Part shown: piece by piece, positions 22,856 to 35,914 of the stretch | How the letters are laid out: the number at the start of each line of letters is the position of its first letter | Position numbering within the stretch: position 1 is the first letter of the stretch | Origin: Octopus sinensis | Lineage: Eukaryota | Direction: 5' to 3' | Length of the DNA: 64,000 nucleotides | Assembly: GCF_006345805.1 (NCBI RefSeq) | Contig: NC_043001.1 | Location: 33,542,001-33,606,000, forward strand | The notes under the pieces: generated by a model | The model's database searches: none | Seen by the model: only the letters and a program-made list of their open reading frames with translations | What the model was told of the DNA's origin: nothing | Made by a program: the position numbers and the translations under genes

Positions 22856-24487
22856 TATCTGTTAATAACTAACAGTAATTATGTGAGATCACAAGAGTCC
22901 CAGGCTTATTCACCTCCCTATTTATTATAAGAAAGCAAATGAAATACCTTCATTAGAGAACAACTTCTGAAGTGTAAATTATGTCTACAGATCAGTGGCA
23001 GGTTGTAGATAAAATTAGTTGGGGTGCTGCTTCAGAAAATTTTTAGCCATTGTTTTAATATTGTTTAAAAGGAAACAAACATATAAAAAGAAAATTTATG
23101 CATAAACTTGATCAGTTTGCATTTTAGCCACTGCCAAGTAGTATGTTTAATTTGTTCACTGAACACTGCCCCAAATTCCGCCTTGTTTTTCAAAAAGCCC
23201 ACCAAATTACAAAATAAGGGTAGAAAATCTGCAATTATTTTTCAAATCCTGGCAGCAATATTGAAGCTGGAAGCAGGATAATAACCTAATTCTACACTTT
23301 ATCACATTCAAGAATATAAATATGTTTTTAAGCACAACACATGTGATGTCAAAAAGAAACACTACCTTCCACCCGGCACTATCATTCATGCTGTGCTCTC
23401 TCTCCCTAAGGTGCAGCTTCCTATCTCGGACATGTGAGCATGCACACAAAACCAAACACCACATTGCTGGAACTGTGAAGTGCACAGTTCTATCCAAGGA
23501 TTTTTGTATTTTTTTCATAAACTATGGGATAGCTACTGACATTAAGCTTTAGGATTATATAATGTACAAGTATAAAGAAAGAATTAAAGAAAAAAGGACT
23601 CATTATATTGAATGTTATCGATAATATCGAGTGGAAATAGGGGTTACTACAGTTCCGCAGTGCCTATACACGAATCACCACTTCTGCAGATATATATTGA
23701 CTCCTTGAAAAGTTATGGATTATAATACACATACATCTCTCTCAGAATTTTGTATCCTCATGTGAATGTTATATTATAAAATAAATGTTGTATTATATGG
23801 TTTTATTTATAAAATGCTTCCTTATACTGGTTACTAAACAAGTAATGGTTTGAAAGTAAAAACTAATTAATGCTTTGTGATATCAGTCCACACTCACATT
23901 GGTCTCTTTGGTGTTGAGTTGGAGAGACTAAACAGTATATGATACATAATGGCAAATAAGTGTATAATACAAAGAGACATGTAGAGACAAGAAGAGATAG
24001 TTATAAAGACAGGTGGAAAAAAAAATATGGTAGAAAGGTAGTAGTAAAAGTTGTATTACTTACCAACAGATATAAAATATTTGTCCCTCCTCTCAGAAGT
24101 CATCTGAAAAGTAACAACACCTACTTATCAGAATCACCAAAATTGGTTTTTCTATACATGAAGAAAAAGGGCAAAAATTACATAAGGCCTCATCAGACCA
24201 AGAGATCATCTCTTCCTTCCATTTGTTAACAGTTTGTTTTGTTTTTTCTCTTCTTAAGTTACTTATAACTGCCTTCTTTCACATATGTTGCACATCCAGA
24301 TTTTCTGTTTCTATGTGGTGGCCATATAAATTCTAAAAGAAACACCTGACCAGAGAAGCACTTGAACCTAATGGGCACTGATTGCACTAGATAGCACCTG
24401 AGAACAAAGTCTATAAGAAAGGTGTGATAAGATAGACATGTCATATTACACAGGTTCATTCAAGCAAACTTTTACAAATCTATAAAT

Positions 24488-24578
<91 letters not shown>
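24488..24578. repeat. (TATC)n
   Basis: Seen directly. Confidence 0.95.
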
Positions 24579-24977
24579 ATGGCAAGACAAGTTTTGTCTC
24601 GTGAAAGTTTCAAAACAAGGTGGGTGAATATAGCAAAGATGGTGTGTGCAAGCGACGAAACCACTTTGAGCATGATCCTGTAAATCAAAAAAAGAGAGAG
24701 AGAGCACTTTGCTCTCATGTGTTTATTCCCTCCCTGCCTGAGATTACAGTGGTCTTTTCCGTAGGCTTTTCTTTCCAAAGATAAACCTAATCTTGTTGCT
24801 TACATTTAAAACATTTCTTCTGTGATACACGATCCCTTTTGATTGCTTTTCCCCCCCACCCCTTTTGATCGGAATTTTACTTTTTTTTCTCTTTCGCTTT
24901 TTCATTTTCGAAAAGAAAAGCTCTACGTTTGTATTTGTCCCCTCTGTGTTCAGCCCTGTGTGGCCAATAAAGAAAGT

Positions 24978-25029
24978 TATCTATCTATCTGTTTGTCTGT
25001 TTGTCTATCTATGTGTGTCTGTCTGTCAG

Positions 25030-25092
<63 letters not shown>

Positions 25093-25122
25093 GTCTGTCT
25101 GTCTGTCTATTTATCTATCTAC

Positions 25123-25219
<97 letters not shown>

Positions 25220-25281
25220 CCTGTCTATCTATCTATCTATCTATCTATCTCAGTTTGTATGTTTGTACTTAGATAGATAGG

Positions 25282-25345
<64 letters not shown>
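24978..25345. repeat. compound (TATC)/(TGTC)/(CT)/(AT)/(GATA)/(GACA) microsatellite following a SINE-A tail at 24922-24976
   Basis: Seen directly. Confidence 0.9.
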
Positions 25346-26179
25346 TGTAAATGTAGCAAGTGTGTGTGTGTGTGTAGGTGCACAGGTTTTTGGGTCAGCA
25401 GATGTTTCATTGCAGTTTCATTGCTGGGGTTTCATTGCTGTTGAATAGACATCCACTGACCAACTAAATTTTTCATCAACTACATTCTTTTGTGAACCTT
25501 AAACACAACAATAACCAAATTTCTATATCATACCACGGCCCCAAACTGACACATAGCAAATTGATAAATATAAATATGGATATGAATACACACATATATG
25601 CACATGTACATGGATGCAGAATGTCCTTGCAGAATATGTACAAACAGACACTTACACACACCTCATTATGCATTTTCTTCATGTTGAAGTGTGTTCGAAT
25701 ATGCACATAAATGCACGTAATTGTGGAATTTCACAAATTTTACGCATATTTTGACATTAAACATGTTAAACTTGGACCATGGGGTTGTGAATTCATGGGA
25801 TTCTATATTTATAAGTTTGTGTTTCATGTTATGTCATAAACATATGCATATATACACACATATATATATGCATACACTCACACACACACACATGCACATG
25901 CATATATATATATACACACAGACACATACACACATATATTTACATACATATCTACATTATGCATTTTGTTCATTTTTGCATGTGTGTACATAATTGCTCA
26001 TATTTTCACATAAGTGCACATAAGTGTAGGGTTTCACATATTTTGAGGTTGAACATGTTAAACTTGGTCTGTGGATTGTGAATTCATGGAATACATGCAT
26101 ACATATATACACACATACATATATGCACACGCACACATACACATAAACATATATATATATACACACACATGCACACGTT

Positions 26180-26410
26180 CGTTTTGGGATCACCACTACT
26201 TTATTATCTCCCCTTATCTCTAGCTCTCCTGCATGACCCCTCTGTCCGGCATTCACCGGCTAGCCACTACACATTTTTATTTTCTTTCCTTGTTTCTTTC
26301 TGTGTTCCTTTCTGTGGAAGAGCATAGGCTCGAAACGTTAAAGACTTTTTCACTTCCTGAACGTTATACTAATACATCAGTTTGTCTACACCAACTATCT
26401 TCGTCTTTTG
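26180..26410 (+). mobile_element. Penelope-like terminal fragment with a degenerate minimal hammerhead (26308-26343)
   Basis: CTTT|CTGTGGA|A|GAGC-ATAG-GCTC|GAAACGTT|AAAG; position 6 is T instead of A. Confidence 0.55.
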
Positions 26411-26431
26411 TTTTTTTGTGAATTCTCCCCC

Positions 26432-26464
<33 letters not shown>

Positions 26465-26632
26465 TACACATATACACATACACAGTTAAACCATGGATAT
26501 AAAATCCTCTCAAAAGAATGTCAGCATCCAAATCTGCCAGTTTTATCCAGTGACAGTAAAAAACCAAAGATCTTAGTTTTGCATTGCTGGATATAGGAAC
26601 AAATTATTTAAGGAACTGAAAAAGAAATTTAA

Positions 26633-26760
26633 GAAACTGATATATAAGTATCAATTTCTTTGAACATATTCAATTCTGTACAATATCAAATTCAAATTCC
26701 TTTGAGCTTGACATTGTACAGAATTGAATATGTTCAAATAAATATATACATCAGTTTCTC
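26633..26760. repeat. hairpin with 26-bp perfect arms
   Basis: TTTGAACATATTCAATTCTGTACAAT ... ATTGTACAGAATTGAATATGTTCAAA. Confidence 0.85.
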
Positions 26761-26783
26761 CATTTTCTTTTTTCTTTTACTTA

Positions 26784-26836
<53 letters not shown>

Positions 26837-27114
26837 TATATACACACACTCACACACACACACAGATTGTGTGTGTGTTTGTGTCTGTATACACTTGCAT
26901 GTACATGTGTGTGTGTAAAAAACTATAATATTAACAACTTTAATATCATCGGGGCAATATTATTCTTCAGTAACAGATATACCCTGTGTGGAAATTACCA
27001 TTTCCTTGGCACTGATGCTCAATACTTCATCTTCACTAAAACAACAAGAAGTTTGACTCAATTAATGTCTGAGTGCTGGCATGATTATAAGTACAATATA
27101 GCAAAAAAGCTAAT

Positions 27115-27420
27115 AAGCACCAACCGATGCCAGTAGCCCCTAACTGGCTCCTGTGCTGGTGGCATGCAAAACGCACTATCTGAACATGATCGTTGCCAGG
27201 CCCACCTTACTGGCTTCTGTGCCATGCCAGTGGCATGTAAAAAGCACCCACTACAGTCTCGGAGTGGTTGGCGTTAAGAAGGACATCCAGCTGTAGAAAC
27301 TCTGCCAGACCAGATTGGAGCCTGGTGCAGCCGCTGGCTCTCCAGACCTCAGTCAAACTGTCCAACCCATGCCAGCATGGAAAACAGACGTTAATCGATG
27401 ATGATGATGATGATGATGAT
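27115..27420 (+). mobile_element. RTE-tail
   Basis: AAAAGCACCCACTAC...CATCCAGCTGTAGAAAC...(GAT)n. Confidence 0.88.
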
Positions 27421-27654
27421 AGCCAAACTCAACAGAATTATCAAACTAAATTGAGAACGCAAATAACTAAGCAACAAGGAAGTCCATAAATTACTGTTTC
27501 ACTTGTAAGACAAAACGAAAGTCATGATATGATGACTCACAGTTAAAACCTAACTGTGAATGATAGCCATTCTTCCAGTAAGTTCCCTCTGCCCAAGGTC
27601 AGTGTCATGAAACTCTATATGATTACTGTAAGAGGAAACATTCTGTATAGATTT

Positions 27655-27822
27655 TATTCTTTTATTTTTTATTCTTTTACTTGTTTCAGTCATTTGACTT
27701 TGGCCATGCCGGAGCACAGCCTTCAGTTGAAAAAATCGACACCAGGACTTATTGTTTGTAAGTCTAGTACTTCTTCTATCAGTCTTTTTTGCCAAACCAC
27801 TAAGTTAGGGGGATGTAAACAC

Positions 27823-27865
<43 letters not shown>

Positions 27866-28205
27866 GACCGTTGCCAGTACTGCCTGACTGGCCCTCATGC
27901 CGGTGGCACACAAAAGCACCCACCACACTCTCGGAGTGGTTGGCGTTAGGAAGGGCATCCAGCTGTAGAAACTCTGCCAGATCAGACTGGAGTCTGGTGC
28001 AGCCATCTGGCTCACCAGTCCCCAGTCAAATCGTTCTACCCATACCAACATGGAAAGCAGATATTAAACGATGATGATGATGATGATGGGCTTCTTTCAC
28101 TTTCCATCTACCAAATCCACTCACAAGGTTTTGGTCAGTCCGAGGACTGAACCTGGAACCATGTGGTTGGTAAGCAAGCTACTTACCACTCAGCTACTCC
28201 TGTGC
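27655..28205. mobile_element. SINE-B (-) split by an RTE-tail (+, 27865-28090) inserted in its central microsatellite
   Basis: SINE-B 3' half at 27655-27830 and 5' half at 28085-28205 flank the RTE-tail. Confidence 0.8.
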
Positions 28206-28261
28206 TGCATATAATAATATAATACAATCACCATCATATAAAATATATATATATATATATA

Positions 28262-28425
28262 TAAAGTTAATCCAAGCAAGAAAACACAAAAAAGAAAACA
28301 CAAATAAACAAAAAAAACACAGCAACGCGAGGACGTGGAACAAATAAAGTATTATTGGACGCTCAGGAAAGAAGAGAAGAAGGAGGGTTTAACGTTTCGA
28401 GCGGAGCTCTTCGTCGGAAATATAT
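28262..28425 (-). mobile_element. Penelope-like terminal fragment
   Basis: Reverse complement of 41248-41385. Confidence 0.7.
28387..28421 (-). ncRNA. minimal hammerhead motif (CCGACGA core)
   Basis: AUUU|CCGACGA|A|GAGC-UCC-GCUC|GAAACGUU|AAAC. Confidence 0.55.
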
Positions 28426-28772
28426 ATATATATTGATCAATAGACCTATTGAGTAAACCTATCTATAACGACTACTAGAAACAGCTGTAAGCCAAATTTG
28501 CTCAAATAAAGGAATTATATGTAATGACCTTTACTTTTAACTTGTTTCTTATATATCGCTCTGTAAAAACCATTTTATCTGAAGCTCATCCATGGATTTA
28601 CAATATAGAATTGTGATGAACCATAACGTGGGACCCTACCAAAAGATTACTTGGAGTTCTTCCCTAATCTGAGTAATATTGTTAGCCTGGTGGGTCAACA
28701 GAGGGCTTATGAAGTATTTTGCCTGGATTGATAATCCCATAATCCCTCACTATTTGTTCTGTGTGTGTGTGT

Positions 28773-28893
<121 letters not shown>

Positions 28894-29342
28894 GATATAG
28901 ATGTATATACTTATTATTTTTTTACTTTTTCTCCTCCTCCATTTTCTATAATTGTTTATGGTATTTTTCATATTCTTTTTACTTACTCTGACTGCTTTTT
29001 ATGAATATGGTGACAAAATTCTTCTTCAAAAAATATCTTCCATTGTTTCACCATTTTGCAGAAGGCAATGGGAAATCACTCAAGTATTCGTCCCAGGTCT
29101 AATTATGGTAGCCAAAGTTCCAGTAATCTATGTAATAGTGACAGAGAAGGATAAGGGCCCTTCCAAGTCGTATAGAAAGTGCCGAAGAAGGTTCACATGC
29201 ACAAGACCTACCCAAGTACAGGCCACCACTAGATTAGAAAACAAGCATCATAGGAATGTATAACGTAGCTCTTCTCATACCTATATCTACCTGTCAATCA
29301 ACCTATTTCTAAACACATACATGTGCATGCACATACTCATGT

Positions 29343-29392
<50 letters not shown>

Positions 29393-29659
29393 GCACACAC
29401 ATAGATGCTACATGTTCACATATGCACTATGTATTAGCACAACACTGCATAAAATGAGCGAACAAGAAGGTATTTCTGTAACAGCTCAACCTACAAGGAA
29501 TAACAACCAACTGTTTTTGAAAATTGAAGAATACAATACATTGTATAATTTGGGGTACATCTGAAAGTACGTCACTGGTTACAGCTGGAATTTCTTTCAT
29601 CAGAGGTTTACTTCATTGGGATTGCCTCGGACTATACCTATTTCAATGTTCATTTATTA

Positions 29660-29925
29660 TCATCATCATCGTTTAACGTCCATTTTTCATGCTAGCATGG
29701 GTTGGATAATTCAACTGAGGTCTGGAAAGCCGCTGGCTGCACCAGCCTCCAATATGATCTTTCAATGTTTCTACAGCTGGATGCCCTTCCTAACACCAAC
29801 CACTCCGAGAGTGTAGTGAGTGCTTTTTACATGCTAGTCAAGTGGCCCTGGCATTGATCACATTTGGATAGTGTTTTTTACATGCCACCAGCACAGGAGC
29901 CAGTTAGGGGGCACTGGCATCGAAG
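29660..29925 (-). mobile_element. RTE-tail
   Basis: CATCATCGTTTAACGTCC...CAGCTGGATGCCCTTCC. Confidence 0.88.
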
Positions 29926-30615
29926 GAGGCACATCTTTATTTCACTTTCATGCCCACTTTGCACAGTCAAAAGCAGGCTTGAAGTAAAATAAAGGTGCTT
30001 ACTCAGAGTGTTATGTGGATATACACAACACTCTGAATAAAATATAAACTTTTTATTTATTGTTTAATCCAAATTTGCCCATCACTAAAAAGAAATTAAT
30101 CTAAAAATGCAGTCATATATACAGACAGGAATACATACAGAAGCACATACATAGTATACATAATATCTTATATTTAAGATTTTTATAAAGCTTAAAGAAG
30201 AATAAGGGGCAAAAGCCCTTTTCTCTCAAGAACTTTATATAAATATTTATTCCCCTCTTCATCTGGGGAGAAGGAACAGTCAACTAACCCAATCCCTATA
30301 CTTGACTTCTACTTTATTGACTTCTGAAAGGGGAAATGCAAAAAGTCAACCACGACATAACTAGAGTAAAGCAATGCAACAAAATACAAGGCAAATTTAC
30401 TGATTTTCAGTCAAGTCTTCTATCTTATTGTTTTTTTGCTTAGATATGAATGCAAACTCTTCAATTGTTCTACATTTTCTAGGTTAAGTTCTGCATTGAA
30501 GAAAGCTCCCGAGGTCCCTGCTGATATCTATTTATTTACTGTAATAGCTTGTGTATATATCCTAAAAGAAATAAATACATACATACATACATACATACAT
30601 ACATACATACACACA

Positions 30616-30674
<59 letters not shown>

Positions 30675-31504
30675 CATACACACATTCAGATAAGCATTTA
30701 AACTTGTTCAAACAAATTTCTGCACAGTATATAACATCATGGAATTGAATATAGAAAAATTTGACCTACTTTGTTTAATTCAGGAAATAGTTTAGGATAC
30801 TAGCTTTACTTTCTTCTAACTAGGAACCCCTTGTATCATCAAGTATCAAAGTTATTATAAATCTGTGAATTATTCTTTCTGAAAACCTTGAGTATGGTGA
30901 AACCCATATAATCACCATACAAGATACTGCTGAAAGAAAACTATGTTTTTTGGCCTTCCAGAAAGATTTGGCGAAAATAGAAATCTGTTAGAATTGTCTT
31001 GAACTTTTTACCTGGCCATCTCTGAAGTATTTCTCTCATGTGGTGTGGTCACACAACATCAAGAAAGTCATCATGAAAATTCAAGTCCAGCAAAGATCAT
31101 CCACTGCAAAAATCAATAGTATGGTTGCTTTAGAACCAATGGAACCATAAAATGTGTAAACTATATATCTAATGATTTCTACATTAGATCTATAGTTTCT
31201 TCCATTGAAGCATAATCATGTTATTAGTTTCACTCTGGGAAAGCTATACCACAAAATGTAAAAAAAAAATCAATTGAATCATAGAACTCTGGAAAATCTA
31301 AGTCCTAATAAATCAATACAAAGTAATCTATAAGCACTTTGCCTCAATTAACCCTGCTCAAATCCCTTGACTGCTAAACCTAATAAACATCGCATAGATT
31401 ATGATCCAAACAGGTTCAAACTTCTCTTTCAAATTTCCAAACAAATCATCCTTCTTTCTTCAATAGAATCAAAAGTTTTAAACTTTAAATGCAATATATT
31501 TTGT

Positions 31505-31656
31505 TTTTGGATTTGGGTTGTAAGATTCTTTATATGAGTTTGTGTGTTGAAGCATATTCTGTTGTGTCTGGGGAGAGTCATTCTCTTTTAGTGCCTTATT
31601 ATTTAACACACTCACCGGTAAAATTTCCACTTATTTCATCTTTTTATTTTCCTAAA
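31505..31656. mobile_element. single arm of the fold-back family at 14990
   Basis: TGTTGTGTCTGGGGAGAGTCATT...CACTCACCGGTAAAATTTCCAC. Confidence 0.75.
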
Positions 31657-32774
31657 CTTTGAGTATCTCTACCATTTAGGGTTTACCCTCAGGTAAGAAA
31701 CCGTGCATCTGTGGTACAGCTTGAATTCAAACATTTCTTGAGACATTTTTACACAAACACATAGATATTACATATATGGCTAAATAATACATATATAGCT
31801 AAACACCGTACATATATAACTAATACAAAATATATATACTTATATACATACTTACATGCCAAATACATACATGTAAATACATACACACAGACATACATGA
31901 CTTATACATAACTAATACATACAGGTATACAAAATTAATTAAATATGTATGACAATACATATTTGTTGTTATATTTTGGTAAGGAATTAATTACCTCATA
32001 TATATATGTATACAGCATTCACCAAGCATGCTATAATGTGAACTCCTTCTATATCACTGTTTGGTTTATTCAAATCAATGACTTTTTCAAATATCCGTTG
32101 TATCCAAGAAGAAGAGAAAAACCCGAAAGTTCAATACAGCAAAGGTGAAAATGTTCCAAAGAACTTTTTTAAACTTTGAATATTTCAACCTATTCAATCT
32201 CATTTATATAACCTGTCATAAGGAAATTTATCACCATGCTGAGTGTACTCTGTATTGTTACGTCATGCTCAAAGATACATAGGATATATCTGTATGTATG
32301 TATGTATGTGTCTGAGTGTTTATGTGTATGATTTCTTCCTTGATTAGGAAGTGTGATAGGATCAACTCAGGTCACCTTATCAATTGCATAAAGTCACAAT
32401 CGCTGTGAGATCAAACTATTTATTTTTTGTTTTACTTTTTTTAATTATTTATTTTCATTTATCATTTTTTTGTTTAACCTGTCATTACTAGCAAAAATTT
32501 GATAAATATTTGGAATTATAAAAGATTTCTTTTTATTTTTACATATATGTGTATGCTTACATATGTTATTTTTCTTAATATTAAGGAAGCTGTGCAGCAT
32601 ACCTACAAGTATGTATGAGGTGTATAGTGTACTGAGGCTTGAATTTGTATACATACATGTGTATGTATTTATGAATGCGTGTATGTGTATGTGTATATAT
32701 ATATATATATATTGTTGTATTTCGGAATGGTCATTTTGCCAGTTTAGCCAATCTTGCACAATAAATATATAAAC

Positions 32775-32814
<40 letters not shown>

Positions 32815-32856
32815 AACAAGTCAAGATAGAAAATGCTAAAATATATTTATAAAGAA

Positions 32857-32904
32857 CATTTCAGTACCAGTTTCGGTCATTTTGAGACCTTTTCAACTGT
32901 AACG
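32857..32904 (-). ncRNA. minimal type I hammerhead motif, U3-A8 core variant
   Basis: CGUUACAG|UUGAAAA|GGUC-UCAAAAU-GACC|GAAACUGGUA|CUGAAAUG. Confidence 0.68.
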
Positions 32905-33100
32905 ATTAAATAATTAAATTTAGAAAAATTGAAAGAAAAGTTTTTTTAAAAGATGATTTGTTTGACCTCGAACCCACAAGTGTAAACGAGAGAGACAGAG
33001 AAAGGCAGAAACAAGGAAAATGCCACTTATATTTGAACACTATACAAATATTCTTTTAAAAAAACTTTTCTTTTAAATTTTCTAAATTTAATTATTTAAT

Positions 33101-33148
33101 CGTTACAGTTGAAAAGGTCTCAAAATGACCAAAACCGGTACTGAAATG
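33101..33148 (+). ncRNA. second-arm hammerhead motif (U3-A8; G12 changed to A)
   Basis: ...GACC|AAAACCGGUA|CUG; ACCGGU palindrome in stem III; probably inactive. Confidence 0.5.
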
Positions 33149-33231
33149 TTCTTTATAAAATTATTTTAGCATTTTCTATCTTGACTTGTTTTTTCATATA
33201 TATCAACTCGTGTGTTCCATTTCATCCTTAT

Positions 33232-33269
<38 letters not shown>

Positions 33270-33276
<7 letters not shown>

Positions 33277-33680
33277 AATCCATTCTGTCTGTCTGTGTGT
33301 CTTCTAGAATCTCAGGCATCCTCCATCCGATTGCGCTCAAATTTGATATGTAGATACTGATGGTATCAGGGCGTGTATAAGTCTTGAAAAAATTACAAAA
33401 ATTGATTCCAGGTGAGAATGCGATCGATAAAGCCGTGGGAATGTGCATTTGTAAGCGCAAGAACATCAACTGTTGCGATCAATACCACGCACATGCGAGA
33501 AAAATGTATGTGCAGTTTGTGCACAAAAAGCTGGCCTGTTTAGTGTCTCAAATTTAAGTTAAATCAGTGTTTCTCAAAGGAGAGGCCTATGGGACGGTCA
33601 GACAAGTTGCTTTGAGAAAATTTGGTTTAAATGTTTGACAACTCAGCACCGTCCATTGGATGGGGGCGTTTTGCTCATAT
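33270..33680 (+). mobile_element. unclassified repeat with Helitron/DINE-like 5' part; second copy at 44112-44550
   Basis: Both ends shared with 44112-44550 (TTATAAAATC..TCTGTCTG..CCGATTGCGCTCAAATTTGATATG and GTGTCTCAAATTTA..GGGGCGTTTT); middles differ. Confidence 0.55.
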
Positions 33681-34020
33681 ATGTATATATATATATATTA
33701 TATTAAATTAGAGATAAAACCACTATTAGGCAAATCAAGCAGTGAAAATCATAACCCAATACATAGAAAATATAATATAATATATATTTATACTATAAAA
33801 TTGAATTTAATCCTAAATCTAATTTTTCCCTGTAAGTTTGGATTTACTCCCTAATATTATTATTATTAATTTATATATATGTATATATACAATGTGTGGG
33901 TGTGTGGTGAGTGTGTGTATGTGTTTGTTTATATATGTATGTGCATATATATATATACATATATATATATATATGAGGAAAAGAAAAAAATAGAGAAACT
34001 GACATACAGACATTTTAAAA

Positions 34021-34427
34021 TATTTTAAAATATTCAAATCCTTATAATGAAATTCAAGTACTACAGCCATTTCCATATCCAATTAGTTCAATTACAGAAA
34101 TTAAATTAAATTAATTAAATTCATTTGATTTAAATTTTCATGTTGAAACTGGTTAATTGGATATTTCATCCAGGAAGAAATTTTCAAAAGAGAGTTACAT
34201 TTTAAGAGTCTGTCATAGGACATCAAACACTTTGAAATATAACTCCCTTGTGGGAAATTCTTCCCTGACGAAATACCCAAATAACCAGTTTCAACATGAA
34301 AATTTTAATTAGATTAAATTAAATTAATTTAATTTAACTTAATTCAGTTTCTGTAAGTGAACTAATTGGGAATTGAAACAGCTGTAGGACTGGAATTTCA
34401 TTATATGGATTTGAATATCTTTAAATA
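34021..34427. mobile_element. diverged fold-back element with hammerhead-like remnant
   Basis: Arms of about 190 bp; GTGAACT-AATT-GGG-AATT-GAAACAGCTGTA at 34357-34386. Confidence 0.7.
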
Positions 34428-34494
34428 AACTGATGTCTGCATGTCAATTTCTTCATTTTCTTCTTTTTCCCATTCATAAATATTTTAAATACAT

Positions 34495-35000
34495 CATTAT
34501 CATCATCATCATCATCATTTAACGTCCGCTTTCCATGCTGGCATGGGTTGGACAGTTCAACTGGGGTCTGGGAAGCCAGAAGGCTGCACCTGGCCCAGTC
34601 TGATCTGGCAGTGTTTCTACAGCTGGATGCCCTTCCTAATGCCAACCACTCCGTGAGTGTAGTGGGTGCTTTTTACGTGCCACCAGCACAGGTGCCAGAC
34701 GGGGCTGGCAGACGGCCACGATCGGATGGTGCTTTTTACGTGCCACCGGCACGGGGACCAGACGAAGCTGGCAATGGCCACGGTCGGATGGTGCTTTTTA
34801 CATGCCACCGGCACGGGGACCAGACGAAGCTGGCAACAGCCACGGTCGGATGGTGCTTTTTACGTGCCACCGGCACGGAGGTCAGTCGGGCGGCGCTGGC
34901 TACGGCCACATTCGGATGGTTCTCTTACGTGCCACCGGGCACTGGTATCACAGCTACAAATTCCATTGATGTTGATAGATTACGATTTTGATTTTGATCT
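34495..35000 (-). mobile_element. RTE-tail with ~55-bp internal tandem units
   Basis: GGTGCTTTTTACGTGCCACC repeated about 5 times. Confidence 0.9.
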
Positions 35001-35719
35001 TGATCTTCAACATAAATGCAAAACTAATTTATTTAGTTTTCACTGAACACTGGTATAAACCAGAGAATTAGGATGCTAGCATCCCTTAAAGGATTATAGG
35101 TCCTTGATACAATTATATATACATATAAGAGAACAAAGTGTACGTATGTCGCTATATACATATATATATATATAAAATGCAAAATGGGACAAGAACACAA
35201 AACATCCGGACAACTAAGTGATACAAAAAGGGACAACAAAACATCCAGATAGATGATACAAAAAGACAAGGACGGGTCATTCGAAGCTTTCTATCCTCAG
35301 TCAAGAACCAGATCATCCACACAATTTCAGCTGATTAATCTTAACATCAAGATTTATTATTTCACACTCTCTGGAATGTTTATAAAATCCTTATAACATC
35401 AACAACCTCCAATTCTCACCAAAAACACATAAAGTGTGCATGCGTGTGTGTGTGTGTGTGTGGTGTGTGTGTGTGTGTGTGTGTGTGAAATATGATGTGG
35501 GAGCATTTTGTAAAGCAAGGACATCTAGAACAGATTCTGGAACAGGGGCTGTGCAAGCATATCCCCTAAATTTGCTGTGTGTTTTTTTTTTTTTAATTTT
35601 AGTGGTGGGGCAATGAAAACGCTTTGAATATCCTCCTGAAAATCTGGGTTTGCACACCCTAAGCAAATTTCCTTCCCACACTTATAATCTAGAACCCATT
35701 TTTACATATAACTGTGTGA

Positions 35720-35905
35720 TGTTGAACGTCCACAAACAAGTGCAAAAATTTATAAGTGCTACTGAGATGTGGTTCTTTCGATGAATGCCAAAGTTCTCGA
35801 CACAGATTGAGTAAAAATATGTTAGTTCTTAAACAAGAAGAAACCAGCAGAAATCTTTTTAAGAAAGCAATTGATTAAGTTCATGAGACATTACATAAGA
35901 TGATA
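35720..35905 (+). mobile_element. decayed RTE ORF C-terminal fragment
   Basis: ISATEMWFFR*M and RKQLIKFMRHYIR resemble the RTE AFEMW..RRM / RQL.F.GH motifs. Confidence 0.45.
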
Positions 35906-35914
35906 AAAATAGAA

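Larger units (their letters stand above)
32809..33197. mobile_element. fold-back element with ~145-bp arms and ~100-bp spacer
   Basis: 32809-32952 is the reverse complement of 33052-33197 with few mismatches. Confidence 0.9.

Noticed and set aside
24259-24459. RKSGCATYVKEG resembling a LINE endonuclease motif
   Set aside because: Single short motif; flanking endonuclease motifs are absent
28440-28495. GAAACAGCTGTA half-hammerhead
   Set aside because: No upstream core with a paired 3-8 position and no stem II
28952-29263. 103-aa ORF in unique sequence
   Set aside because: No recognisable domain or splice partners; a length expected by chance
35280-35340. CUGAGGA...GAAU hammerhead-like string on the minus strand
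   Set aside because: A15.1 is replaced by U and stems I and III cannot be built consistently
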